DNA from: the human T2T-CHM13v2.0 reference genome, Homo sapiens
DNA: 64,000 nt
NCBI RefSeq assembly: GCF_009914755.1
Contig: NC_060931.1
Direction: 5' to 3' (one strand)
A program made the position numbers and the translations under genes. The notes beneath the pieces were generated by a model that ran no database searches, was not told where the DNA came from, and worked only from the letters and a program-made list of their open reading frames with translations. Below are positions 35,760 through 47,700 of this stretch, in pieces; within the stretch, counting starts at the first letter, position 1, and the number at the start of each line of letters is the position of its first letter.

Positions 35760-38700
35760 CGGCAGCCTCTGCAGGACCAGACTGTCGTCAAGTAGGCCTG
35801 TCTAGGGACAGCTCCTGCCTCCTGGTGGCCTCTGTAGGCCCAAGTCATCCTCACGTCAGCCTCCCCAGGCCCAGCTCTGGCCTCTTGGCGGCCTCTCCAC
35901 GTGCAAAAGTTCCTCGAGTCCGTCTCTCCAGGCCCAGCTCCTCCTGTCTCCCAGTGGCCTCTTTCAGCCCAGGCCAGCTCATGCCTCCCGGCTGCCTTCC
36001 CAGGCCCCGCTTTTGACTTTCCACAGCCTCTGCAGGTCCCGAACTTGACCTCAGGTCGGCCTCTCCAGGCCAGGCCTCCTGCCTCCCGAAGGCTTGCACA
36101 GGCCCAGCCTCTGCCTCACAGCGGACTCTCCACGCCCAGCTCGCTCTCGCCTCACTGCGGCCTCCCGAGTCCAAAGCTCCTGCCTCTCCGCCACTTCGGC
36201 AGGCCCAACTGCTGCCTGCCAGTGGCCTCTTCAGGCCCATGGGGCTCATTCCTCACAACGGCCTTTCCAGGCCCAGTTTTTCTCTTCCGGCGGCCTCTCC
36301 GGGCCCAGAAGCTCCTCAAGTCGGCCTCTCCAGACCCACTTGCAGCCTCCCGGCGTCCTCTCCGGGCCCAGCTCTTCCTCCCGGCTGCGTCTGCAGGCCC
36401 GACTCCTGCCTCCCAACAACCTCTTTGGACTCAGTGCCTGCCCAGCTCGTGGTGGCCTTGGTCGGCCCACAGCTTCCTCAAGCCAAGCTCCCCAGGCCCA
36501 GCTCAGGCCTCACGGTGGCCTCTCCAGGCTCAGCTCCTGCCCTCCGACGGCGTCTCCAGGCCCCAAACGGCCTCCGGTCGGTGGGCTTCTCCAGGCCCAG
36601 CTTGGGCCTCCCGGCGGCCTCTGCAGGCCCAAGTGGTCCTGAAGTCAGCCTCTCCAGGCCCAGCTCCGGCCTCCCAGCAAGCAAGCTCTTTTGGCTCAGC
36701 TCCTGCCCAGCTCCCGCCGGCTTTTGTAGACCCTGAACTTTCTCCAGCGAAGCTCCTCAGTCCCACCTCCTGCCTCCCGGTGGCCTGTACAGGCCCAGGT
36801 CTGGCTGGAGAACAGCCTCTGCAGGCCCCGCTCTTGCCTCCCAGGGGCGTCTCCAGGCCCAGCTCTCGCCTCACGGCGGCCTCCCGGGACCAAGTCCCTG
36901 CCTGCCTCCCAGCAGCCTGTGTGCGGCCCAGCTCCTCCGTCACGGTGGCCTGTTGAGGCCCAACTCATGCCTCTGGCACCCTTTCCAGAGGCGTGAGCCC
37001 CTGCCTCACATTGGCCTCTCTCACACTGAGGGAGGTCAGCGTGAGCCCCTGCCTCACACTGGCCTCTCTCACGCTGAGGGAGGTCAGCGTGGGCCCCTGC
37101 CTCACACTGGTCTCTCTCACGCTGAGGGAGGTCAGCGTGGGCCCCTGCCTCACACTGGCCTCTCTCACGCTGAGGGAGGTCAGCGTGAGGCCCTGCCTCA
37201 CACTGGCCTCTCTCACGCTGAGGGAGGTCAGCGTGAGGCCCTGCCTCACACTGGCCTCTCTCACGCTGAGAGAAGTCCTCCCTCACGCTGGCCTGTTGAG
37301 GCCCAGTTCATGCCTCTGTTGGCTTCTCCAGGCCCAGCCCCTGCCTGTTGGCGGCCTCTACCTCAACAGTGGGCCCTCCACGCCCACCTCTTGCCTCGCC
37401 GTGGCCTCCTCGGGCCAGGCTCCCGCCTTGGGGCGGCCCCCGCAGGCCCAGCTCCTGCCTCACGGCCCTCCAGAGGCCAAGCTCATGCGTCAGGGCGGCC
37501 TCTCCCGGCCTGGCGTTTGCTCCTTTGCATGGGCTCCAAATCCTGCACTTCCTCCAGTCGTTCTCTCCGGGCCCAGTTCTTCCTCCCAGCAGCCTCTGCA
37601 GGACCAGACTGTCGTCAAGTAGGCCTGTCCAGGGACAGCTCCTGCCTCCCGGCAGACTCTGCAGGCCCAAGTCGTCCTCAAGTCAGCCTCCCCAGGCCCA
37701 GCTCCGGCCTCTCGGCGGCCTCTCCAGGTGCAAAAGTTCCTCGAGTCCGTCTCTCCAGGTCCAGCTCCTCCTGTCTCCCAGTGGCCTCTTTCAGCCCAGC
37801 CCAGCTCATGCCTCCCGGCAGCCTTCCCAGGCCCCGCTTCTGACTTTCCGCGGCCTCTGCAGGCCCCAAACTTGACCTCCAGTCAGCCTCTGCAGGCCTG
37901 GCCTCCTGCCTCCCGAAAGCTTGCACAGGCCCAGCCTCTGCCTCACAGCGGACTCTCCACGCCCAGCTCGCTCTCGCCTGCAGCCTCCCGAGTCCAAAGC
38001 TCCGGCCTCTCCGCCGCTTCGGCAGGCCCAGCTCCCGCCTGCCAGTGGCCTCCTCAGGCCCATGGGGCTCATTCCTCACAACGGCCTTTCCCGGCCCAGT
38101 TTTTCCCTTCCGGCGGCCTCTCCGGGCCCAGAAGCTCCTCAAGTCGGCCTCTCCAGACCCACTTACAGCCTCCCGGCCTCCTCTCCGGGCCCAGCTCTTC
38201 CTCCCGGCTGCGTCTGCAGGCCCGACTCCTGCCTCCCAACAACCTCTTTGGACTCAGTGCCTGCCCAGCTCGTGGTGGCCTTGGTCGGCCCACAGCTTCC
38301 TCAAGCCAAGCTCCCCAGGCCCAGCTCAGGCCTCACGGTGGCCTCTCCAGGCTCAGCTCCTGCCCTCCGACGGCGTCTCCAGGCCCCAAACGGCCTCCGG
38401 TCGGTGGGCTTCTCCAGGCCCAGCTTGGGCCTCCCGGCGGCCTCTGCAGGCCCAAGTGGTCCTGAAGTCAGCCTCTCCAGGCCCAGCTCCGGCCTCCCAG
38501 CAAGCAAGCTCTTTTGGCTCAGCTCCTGCCCAGCTCCCGCCGGCTTTTGTAGACCCTGAACTTTCTCCAGCGAAGCTCCTCAGTCCCACCTCCTGCCTCC
38601 CGGTGGCCTGTACAGGCCCAGGTCTGGCTGGAGAACAGCCTCTGCAGGCCCCGCTCTTGCCTCCCAGGGGCGTCTCCAGGCCCAGCTCTCGCCTCACGGC

Positions 38701-41700
38701 GGCCTCCCGGGACCAAGTCCCTGCCTGCCTCCCAGCAGCCTGTGTGCGGCCCAGCTCCTCCGTCACGGTGGCCTGTTGAGGCCCAACTCATGCCTCTGGC
38801 ACCCTTTCCAGAGGCGTGAGCCCCTGCCTCACATTGGCCTCTCTCACGCTGAGGGAGGTCAGCGTGAGCCCCTGCCTCACACTGGCCTCTCTCACGCTGA
38901 GGGAGGTCAGCGTGAGCCCCTGCCTCACACTGGCCTCTCTCACGCTGAGGGAGGTCAGCGTGGGCCCCTGCCTCAAACTGGCCTCTCTCACGCTGAGATA
39001 GGTCAGCGTGTGGCCCTGCCTCACACTGGCCTCTCTCACGCTGAGGGAGGTCAGCGTGAGGCCCTGCCTCACACTGGCCTCTCTCAGGCTGAGAGAAGTC
39101 CTCCCTCACGCTGGCCTGTTGAGGCCCAGTTCATGCCTCTGTTGGCTTCTCCAGGCCCAGCCCCTGCCTGTTGGCGGCCTCTACCTCAACAGTGGGCCCT
39201 CCACGCCCACCTCTTGCCTCGCCGTGGCCTCCTCGGGCCAGGCTCCCGCCTTGGGGCGGCCCCCGCAGGCCCAGCTCCTGCCTCACGGCCCTCCAGAGGC
39301 CAAGCTCATGCGTCAGGGCGGCCTCTCCCGGCCTGGCGTTTGCTCCTTTGCATGGGCTCCAAATCCTGCACTTCCTCCAGTCGTTCTCTCCAGGCCCAGC
39401 TCTTCCTCCCAGCAGCCTCTGCAGGACCAGACTGTCGTCAAGTAGGCCTGTCCAGGGACAGCTCCTGCCTCCCGGCAGACTCTGCAGGCCCAAGTCGTCC
39501 TCAAGTCAGCCTCCCCAGGCCCAGCTCCGGCCTCTCGGCGGCCTCTCCAGGTGCAAAAGTTCCTCGAGTCCGTCTCTCCAGGTCCAGCTCCTCCTGTCTC
39601 CCAGTGGCCTCTTTCAGCCCAGCCCAGCTCATGCCTCCCGGCGGCCTTCCCAGGCCCCGCTTCTGACTTTCCGCGGCCTCTGCAGGCCCCGAACTTGACC
39701 TCCAGTCGACCTCTGCAGGCCTGGCCTCCTGCCTCCCGAAAGCTTGCACAGGCCCAGCCTCTGCCTCACAGCGGACTCTCCACGCCCAGCTCGCTCTCGC
39801 CTGCGGCCTCCCGAGTCCAAAGCTCCGGCCTCTCCGCCGCTTCGGCAGGCCCAGCTCCCGCCTGCCAGTGGCCTCCTCAGGCCCATGGGGCTCATTCCTC
39901 ACAACGGCCTTTCCCGGCCCAGTTTTTCCCTTCCGGCGGCCACTCCGGGCCCAGAAGCTCCTCAAGTCGGCCTCTCCAGACCCACTTGCAGCCTCCCGGC
40001 ATCCTCTCCGGGCCCAGCTCTTCCTCCCGGCTGCGTCTGCAGGCCCGGCTCCTGCCTCCCAACAACCTCTTTGGACTCAGTGCCTGCCCAGCTCGTGGTG
40101 GCCTTGGTCGGCCCACAGCTTCCTCAAGCCAAGCTCCCCAGGCCCAGCTCAGGCCTCACGGTGGCCTCTCCAGGCTCAGCTCCTGCCCTCCGACGGCGTC
40201 TCCAGGCCCCAAACGGCCTCCGGTCGGTGGGCTTCTCCAGGCCCAGCTTGGGCCTCCCGGCGGCCTCTGCAGGCCCAAGTGGTCCTGAAGGCAGCCTCTC
40301 CAGGCCCAGCTCCGGCCTCCCAGCAAGCAAGCTCTTTTGGCTCAGCTCCTGCCCAGCTCCCGCCGGCTTTTGTAGACCCTGAACTTTCTCCAGCGAAGCT
40401 CCTCAGTCCCACCTCCTGCCTCCCGGTGGCCTGTACAGGCCCAGGTCTGGCTGGAGAACAGCCTCTGCAGGCCCCGCTCTTGCTTCCCAGGGGCGTCTCC
40501 AGGCCCAGCTCTCGCCTCACGGCGGCCTCCCGGGACCAAGTCCCTGCCTGCCTCCCAGCATCCTGTGTGCGGCCCAGCTCCTCCGTCACGGTGGCCTGTT
40601 GAGGCCCAACTCATGCCTCTGGCACCCTTTCCAGAGGCGTGAGCCCCTGCCTCACACTGGCCTCTCTCACGCTGAGGGAGGTCAGCGTGAGCCCCTGCCT
40701 CACACTGGCCTCTCTCACGCTGAGGGAGGTCAGCGTGGGCCCCTGCCTCACACTGGCCTCTCTCACGCTGAGGGAGGTCAGCGTGAGGCCCTGCCTCACA
40801 CTGGCCTCTCTCACGCTGAGGGAGGTCAGCGTGAGGCCCTGCCTCACACTGGCCTCTCTCACGCTGAGAGAAGTCCTCCCTCACGCTGGCCTGTTGAGGC
40901 CCAGTTCATGCCTCTGTTGGCTTCTCCAGGCCCAGCCCCTGCCTGTTGGCGGCCTCTACCTCAACAGTGGGCCCTCCACGCCCACCTCTTGCCTCGCCGT
41001 GGCCTCCTCGGGCCAGGCTCCCGCCTTGGGGCGGCCCCCGCAGGCCCAGCTCCTGCCTCACGGCCCTCCGGAGGCCAAGCTCATGCATCAGGGCGGCCTC
41101 TCCCGGCCTGGCGTTTGCTCCTTTGCATGGGCTCCAAATCCTGCACTTCCTCCAGTCGTTCTCTCCAGGCCCAGCTCTTCCTCCCAGCAGCCTCTGCAGG
41201 ACCAGACTGTCGTCAAGTAGGCCTGTCCAGGGACAGCTCCTGCCTCCCGGCAGACTCTGCAGGCCCAAGTCGTCCTCAAGTCAGCCTCCCCAGGCCCAGC
41301 TCCGGCCTCTCGGTGGCCTCTCCAGGTGCAAAAGTTCCTCGAGTCCGTCTCTCCAGGTCCAGCTCCTCCTGTCTGCCAGTGGCCTCTTTCAGCCCAGCCC
41401 AGCTCATGCCTCCCGGCGGCCTTCCCAGGCCCCGCTTCTGACTTTCCGCGGCCTCTGCAGGCCCCGAACTTGACCTCCAGTCGGCCTCTGCAGGCCTGGC
41501 CTCCTGCCTCCCGAAAGCTTGCACAGGCCCAGCCTCTGCCTCACAGCGGACTCTCCACGCCCAGCTCGCTCTCGCCTGCGGCCTCCCGAGTCCAAAGCTC
41601 CGGCCTCTCCGCCGCTTCGGCAGGCCCAGCTCCCGCCTGCCAGTGGCCTCCTCAGGCCCATGGGGCTCATTCCTCACAACGGCCTTTCCCGGCCCAGTTT

Positions 41701-44700
41701 TTCCCTTCCGGCGGCCTCTCCGGGCCCAGAAGCTCCTCAAGTCGGCCTCTCCAGACCCACTTACAGCCTCCCGGCGTCCTCTCCGGGCCCAGCTCTTCCT
41801 CCCGGCTGCGTCTGCAGGCCCGACTCCTGCCTCCCAACAACCTCTTTGGACTCAGTGCCTGCCCAGCTCGTGGTGGCCTTGGTCGGCCCACAGCTTCCTC
41901 AAGCCAAGCTCCCCAGGCCCAGCTCAGGCCTCACGGTGGCCTCTCCAGGCTCAGCTCCTGCCCTCCGACGGCGTCTCCAGGCCCCAAACGGCCTCCGGTC
42001 GGTGGGCTTCTCCAGGCCCAGCTTGGGCCTCCCGGCGGCCTCTGCAGGCCCAAGTGGTCCTGAAGGCAGCCTCTCCAGGCCCAGCTCCGGCCTCCCAGCA
42101 AGCAAGCTCTTTTGGCTCAGCTCCTGCCCAGCTCCCGCCGGCTTTTGTAGACCCTGAACTTTCTCCAGCGAAGCTCCTCAGTCCCACCTCCTGCCTCCCG
42201 GTGGCCTGTACAGGCCCAGGTCTGGCTGGAGAACAGCCTCTGCAGGCCCCGCTCTTGCCTCCCAGGGGCGTCTCCAGGCCCAGCTCTCGCCTCACGGCGG
42301 CCTCCCGGGAGCAAGTCCCTGCCTGCCTCCCAGCAGCCTGTGTGCGGCCCAGCTCCTCCGTCACGGTGGCCTGTTGAGGCCCAACTCATGCCTCTGGCAC
42401 CCTTTCCAGAGGCGTGAGCCCCTGCCTCACATTGGCCTCTCTCACACTGAGGGAGGTCAGCGTGAGCCCCTGCCTCACACTGGCCTCTCTCACGCTGAGG
42501 GAGGTCAGCGTGAGCCCCTGACTCACACTGGTCTCTCTCACGCTGAGGGAGGTCAGCGTGGGCCCCTGCCTCACACTGGCCTCTCTCACGCTGAGGGAGG
42601 TCAGCGTGAGGCCCTGCCTCACACTGGCCTCTCTCACGCTGAGAGAAGTCCTCCCTCACGCTGGCCTGTTGAGGCCCAGTTCATGCCTCTGTTGGCTTCT
42701 CCAGGCCCAGCCCCTGCCTGTTGGCGGCCTCTACCTCAACAGTGGGCCCTCCACGCCCACCTCTTGCCTCGCCGTGGCCTCCTCGGGCCAGGCTCCCGCC
42801 TTGGGGCGGCCCCCGCAGGCCCAGCTCCTGCCTCACGGCCCTCCAGAGGCCAAGCTCATGCGTCAGGGCGGCCTCTCCCGGCCTGGCGTTTGCTCCTTTG
42901 CATGGGCTCCAAATCCTGCACTTCCTCCAGTCGTTCTCTCCGGGCCCAGTTCTTCCTCCCAGCAGCCTCTGCAGGACCAGACTGTCGTCAAGTAGGCCTG
43001 TCCAGGGACAGCTCCTGCCTCCCGGCAGACTCTGCAGGCCCAAGTCGTCCTCAAGTCAGCCTCCCCAGGCCCAGCTCCGGCCTCTCGGCAGCCTCTCCAG
43101 GTGCAAAAGTTCCTCGAGTCCGTCTCTCCAGGTCCAGCTCCTCCTGTCTCCCAGTGGCCTCTTTCAGCCCAGCCCAGCTCATGCCTCCCGGCGGCCTTCC
43201 CAGGCCCCGCTTCTGACTTTCCGCGGCCTCTGCAGGCCCCGAACTTGACCTCCAGTCGGCCTCTGCAGGCCTGGCCTCCTGCCTCCCGAAAGCTTGCACA
43301 GGCCCAGCCTCTGCCTCACAGCGGACTCTCCACGCCCAGCTCGCTCTCGCCTGCGGCCTCCCGAGTCGAAAGCTCCGGCCTCTCCGCCGCTTCGGCAGGC
43401 CCAGCTCCCGCCTGCCAGTGGCCTCCTCAGGCCCATGGGGCTCATTCCTCACAACGGCCTTTCCCGGCCCAGTTTTTCCCTTCCGGCGGCCTCTCCGGGC
43501 CCAGAAGCTCCTCAAGTCGGCCTCTCCAGACCCACTTACAGCCTCCCGGCGTCCTCTCCGGGCCCAGCTCTTCCTCCCGGCTGCGTCTGCAGGCCCGACT
43601 CCTGCCTCCCAACAACCTCTTTGGACTCAGTGCCTGCCCAGCTCCTGGTGGCCTTGGTCGGCCCACAGCTTCCTCAAGCCAAGCTCCCCAGGCCCAGCTC
43701 AGGCCTCACGGTGGCCTCTCCAGGCTCAGCTCCTGCCCTCCGACGGCGTCTCCAGGCCCCAAACGGCCTCCGGTCGGTGGGCTTCTCCAGGCCCAGCTTG
43801 GGCCTTCCGGCGGCCTCTGCAGGCCCAAGTGGTCCTGAAGGCAGCCTCTCCAGGCCCAGCTCCGGCCTCCCAGCAAGCAAGCTCTTTTGGCTCAGCTCCT
43901 GCCCAGCTCCCGCCGGCTTTTGTAGACCCTGAACTTTCTCCAGCGAAGCTCCTCAGTCCCACCTCCTGCCTCCCGGTGGCCTGTACAGGCCCAGGTCTGG
44001 CTGGAGAACAGCCTCTGCAGGCCCCGCTCTTGCCTCCCAGGGGCGTCTCCAGGCCCAGCTCTCGCCTCACGGCGGCCTCCCGGGACCAAGTCCCTGCCTG
44101 CCTCCCAGCAGCCTGTGTGCGGCCCAGCTCCTCCGTCATGGTGGCCTGTTGAGGCCCAACTCATGCCTCTGGCACCCTTTCCAGAGGCGTGAGCCCCTGC
44201 CTCACATTGGCCTCTCTCACACTGAGGGAGGTCAGCGTGAGCCCCTGCCTCACACTGGCCTCTCTCACGCTGAGGGAGGTCAGCGTGAGCCCCTGCCTCA
44301 CACTGGCCTCTCTCACGCTGAGGGAGGTCAGCGTGGGCCCCTGCCTCAAACTGGCCTCTCTCACGCTGAGGTAGGTCAGCGTGTGGCCCTGCCTCACACT
44401 GGCCTCTCTCATGCTGAGGGAGGTCAGCGTGAGGCCCTGCCTCACACTGGCCTCTCTCACGCTGAGAGAAGTCCTCCCTCACGCTGGCCTGTTGAGGCCC
44501 AGTTCATGCCTCTGTTGGCTTCTCCAGGCCCAGCCCCTGCCTGTTGGCGGCCTCTACCTCAACAGTGGGCCCTCCACGCCCACCTCTTGCCTCGCCGTGG
44601 CCTCCTCGGGCCAGGCTCCCGCCTTGGGGCGGCCCCCGCAGGCCCAGCTCCTGCCTCACGGCCCTCCGGAGGCCAAGCTCATGCGTCAGGGCGGCCTCTC

Positions 44701-47700
44701 CCGGCCTGGCGTTTGCTCCTTTGCATGGGCTCCAAATCCTGCACTTCCTCCAGTCGTTCTCTCCAGGCCCAGCTCTTCCTCCCAGCAGCCTCTGCAGGAC
44801 CAGACTGTCGTCAAGTAGGCCTGTCCAGGGACAGCTCCTGCCTCCCGGCAGACTCTGCAGGCCCAAGTCGTCCTCAAGTCAGCCTCCCCAGGCCCAGCTC
44901 CGGCCTCTCGGCGGCCTCTCCAGGTGCAAAAGTTCCTCGAGTCCGTCTCTCCAGGTCCAGCTCCTCCTGTCTCCCAGTGGCCTCTTTCAGCCCAGCCCAG
45001 CTCAAGCCTCCCGGCGGCCTTCCCAGGCCCCGCTTCTGACTTTCCGCGGCCTCTGCAGGCCCCGAACTTGACCTCCAGTCGGCCTCTGCAGGCCTGGCCT
45101 CCTGCCTCCCGAAAGCTTGCACAGGCCCAGCCTCTGCCTCACAGCGGACTCTCCACGCCCAGCTCGCTCTCGCCTGCGGCCTCCCGAGTCCAAAGCTCCG
45201 GCCTCTCCGCCGCTTCGGCAGGCCCAGCTCCCGCCTGCCAGTGGCCTCCTAAGGCCCATGGGGCTCATTCTTCACAACGGCCTTTCCCGGCCCAGTTTTT
45301 CCCTTCCGGCGGCCTCTCCGGGCCCAGAAGCTCCTCAAGTCGGCCTCTCCAGACCCACTTGCAGCCTCCCGGCGTCCTCTCCGGGCCCAGCTCTTCCTCC
45401 CGGCTGCGTCTGCAGGCCCGACTCCTGCCTCCCAACAACCTCTTTGGACTCAGTGCCTGCCCAGCTCGTGGTGGCCTTGGTTGGCCCACAGCTTCCTCAA
45501 GCCAAGCTCCCCAGGCCCAGCTCAGGCCTCACGGTGGCCTCTCCAGGCTCAGCTCCTGCCCTCCGACGGCGTCTCCAGGCCCCAAACGGCCTCCGGTCGG
45601 TGGGCTTCTCCAGGCCCAGCTTGGGCCTCCCGGCGGCCTCTGCAGGCCCAAGTGGTCCTGAAGTCAGCCTCTCCAGGCCCAGCTCCGGCCTCCCAGCAAG
45701 CAAGCTCTTTTGGCTCAGCTCCTGCCCAGCTCCCGCCGGCTTTTGTAGACCCTGAACTTTCTCCAGCGAAGCTCCTCAGTCCCACCTCCTGCCTCCCGGT
45801 GGCCTGTACAGGCCCAGGTCTGGCTGGAGAACAGCCTCTGCAGGCCCCGCTCTTGCCTCCCAGGGGCGTCTCCAGGCCCAGCTCTCGCCTCACGGCGGCC
45901 TCCCGGGACCAAGTCCCTGCCTGCCTCCCAGCAGCCTGTGTGCGGCCCAGCTCCTCCGTCACGGTGGCCTGTTGAGGCCCAACTCATGCCTCTGGCACCC
46001 TTTCCAGAGGCGTGAGCCCCTGCCTCACATTGGCCTCTCTCACACTGAGGGAGGTCAGCGTGAGCCCCTGCCTCACACTGGCCTCTCTCACGCTGAGGGA
46101 GGTCAGCGTGAGCCCCTGCCTCACACTGGCCTCTCTCACGCTGAGGGAGGTCAGCGTGGGCCCCTGCCTCACACTGGCCTCTCTCACGCTGAGGGAGGTC
46201 AGCGTGAGGCCCTGCCTCACACTGGCCTCTCTCACGCTGAGGGAGGTCAGCGTGAGGCCCTGCCTCACACTGGCCTCTCTCACGCTGAGAGAAGTCCTCC
46301 CTCACGCTGGCCTGTTGAGGCCCAGTTCATGCCTCTGTTGGCTTCTCCAGGCCCAGCCCCTGCCTGTTGGCGGCCTCTACCTCAACAGTGGGCCCTCCAC
46401 GCCCACCTCTTGCCTCGCCGTGGCCTCCTCGGGCCAGGCTCCCGCCTTGGGGCGGCCCCCGCAGGCCCAGCTCCTGCCTCACGGCCCTCCGGAGGCCAAG
46501 CTCATGCGTCAGGGCGGCCTCTCCCGGCCTGGCGTTTGCTCCTTTGCATGGGCTCCAAATCCTGCACTTCCTCCAGTCGTTCTCTCCAGGCCCAGCTCTT
46601 CCTCCCAGCAGCCTCTGCAGGACCAGACTGTCGTCAAGTAGGCCTGTCCAGGGACAGCTCCTGCCTCCCGGCAGACTCTGCAGGCCCAAGTCGTCCTCAA
46701 GTCAGCCTCCCCAGGCCCAGCTCCGGCCTCTCGGCGGCCTCTCCAGGTGCAAAAGTTCCTCGAGTCCGTCTCTCCAGGTCCAGCTCCTCCTGTCTCCCAG
46801 TGGCCTCTTTCAGCCCAGCCCAGCTCATGCCTCCCGGCGGCCTTCCCAGGCCCCGCTTCTGACTTTCCGCGGCCTCTGCAGGCCCCGAACTTGACCTCCA
46901 GTCGGCCTCTGCAGGCCTGGCCTCCTGCCTCCCGAAAGCTTGCACAGGCCCAGCCTCTGCCTCACAGCGGACTCTCCACGCCCAGCTTGCTCTCGCCTGC
47001 GGCCTCCCGAGTCCAAAGCTCCGGCCTCTCCGCCGCTTCGGCAGGCCCAGCTCCCGCCTGCCAGTGGCCTCCTCAGGCCCATGGGGCTCATTCCTTACAA
47101 CGGCCTTTCCCGGCCCATTTTTTCCCTTCCGGCGGCCTCTCTGGGCCCAGAAGCTCCTCAAGTCGGCCTCTCCAGACCCACTTGCAGCCTCCCGGCGTCC
47201 TCTCCGGGCCCAGCTCTTCCTCCCGGCTGCGTCTGCAGGCCCGGCTCCTGCCTCCCAACAACCTCTTTGGACTCAGTGCCTGCCCAGCTCCTGGTGGCCT
47301 TGGTCGGCCCACAGCTTCCTCAAGCCAAGCTCCCCAGGCCCAGCTCAGGCCTCACGGTGGCCTCTCCAGGCTCAGCTCCTGCCCTCCGACGGCGTCTCCA
47401 GGCCCCAAACGGCCTCCGGTCGGTGGGCTTCTCCAGGCCCAGCTTGGGCCTCCCGGCGGCCTCTGCAGGCCCAAGTGGTCCTGAAGGCAGCCTCTCCAGG
47501 CCCAGCTCCGGCCTCCCAGCAAGCAAGCTCTTTTGGCTCAGCTCCTGCCCAGCTCCCGCCGGCTTTTGTAGACCCTGAACTTTCTCCAGCGAAGCTCCTC
47601 AGTCCCACCTCCTGCCTCCCGGTGGCCTGTACAGGCCCAGGTCTGGCTGGAGAACAGCCTCTGCAGGCCCCGCTCTTGCCTCCCAGGGGCGTCTCCAGGC

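Noticed and set aside
36991-37270. GCGTG (AhR core) or TCACGC (PAX-like) motif clusters in the 48-mer
   Set aside because: The context is CAGCGTG, not the TNGCGTG XRE consensus, and 5-6-bp cores are too weak to call without binding data.
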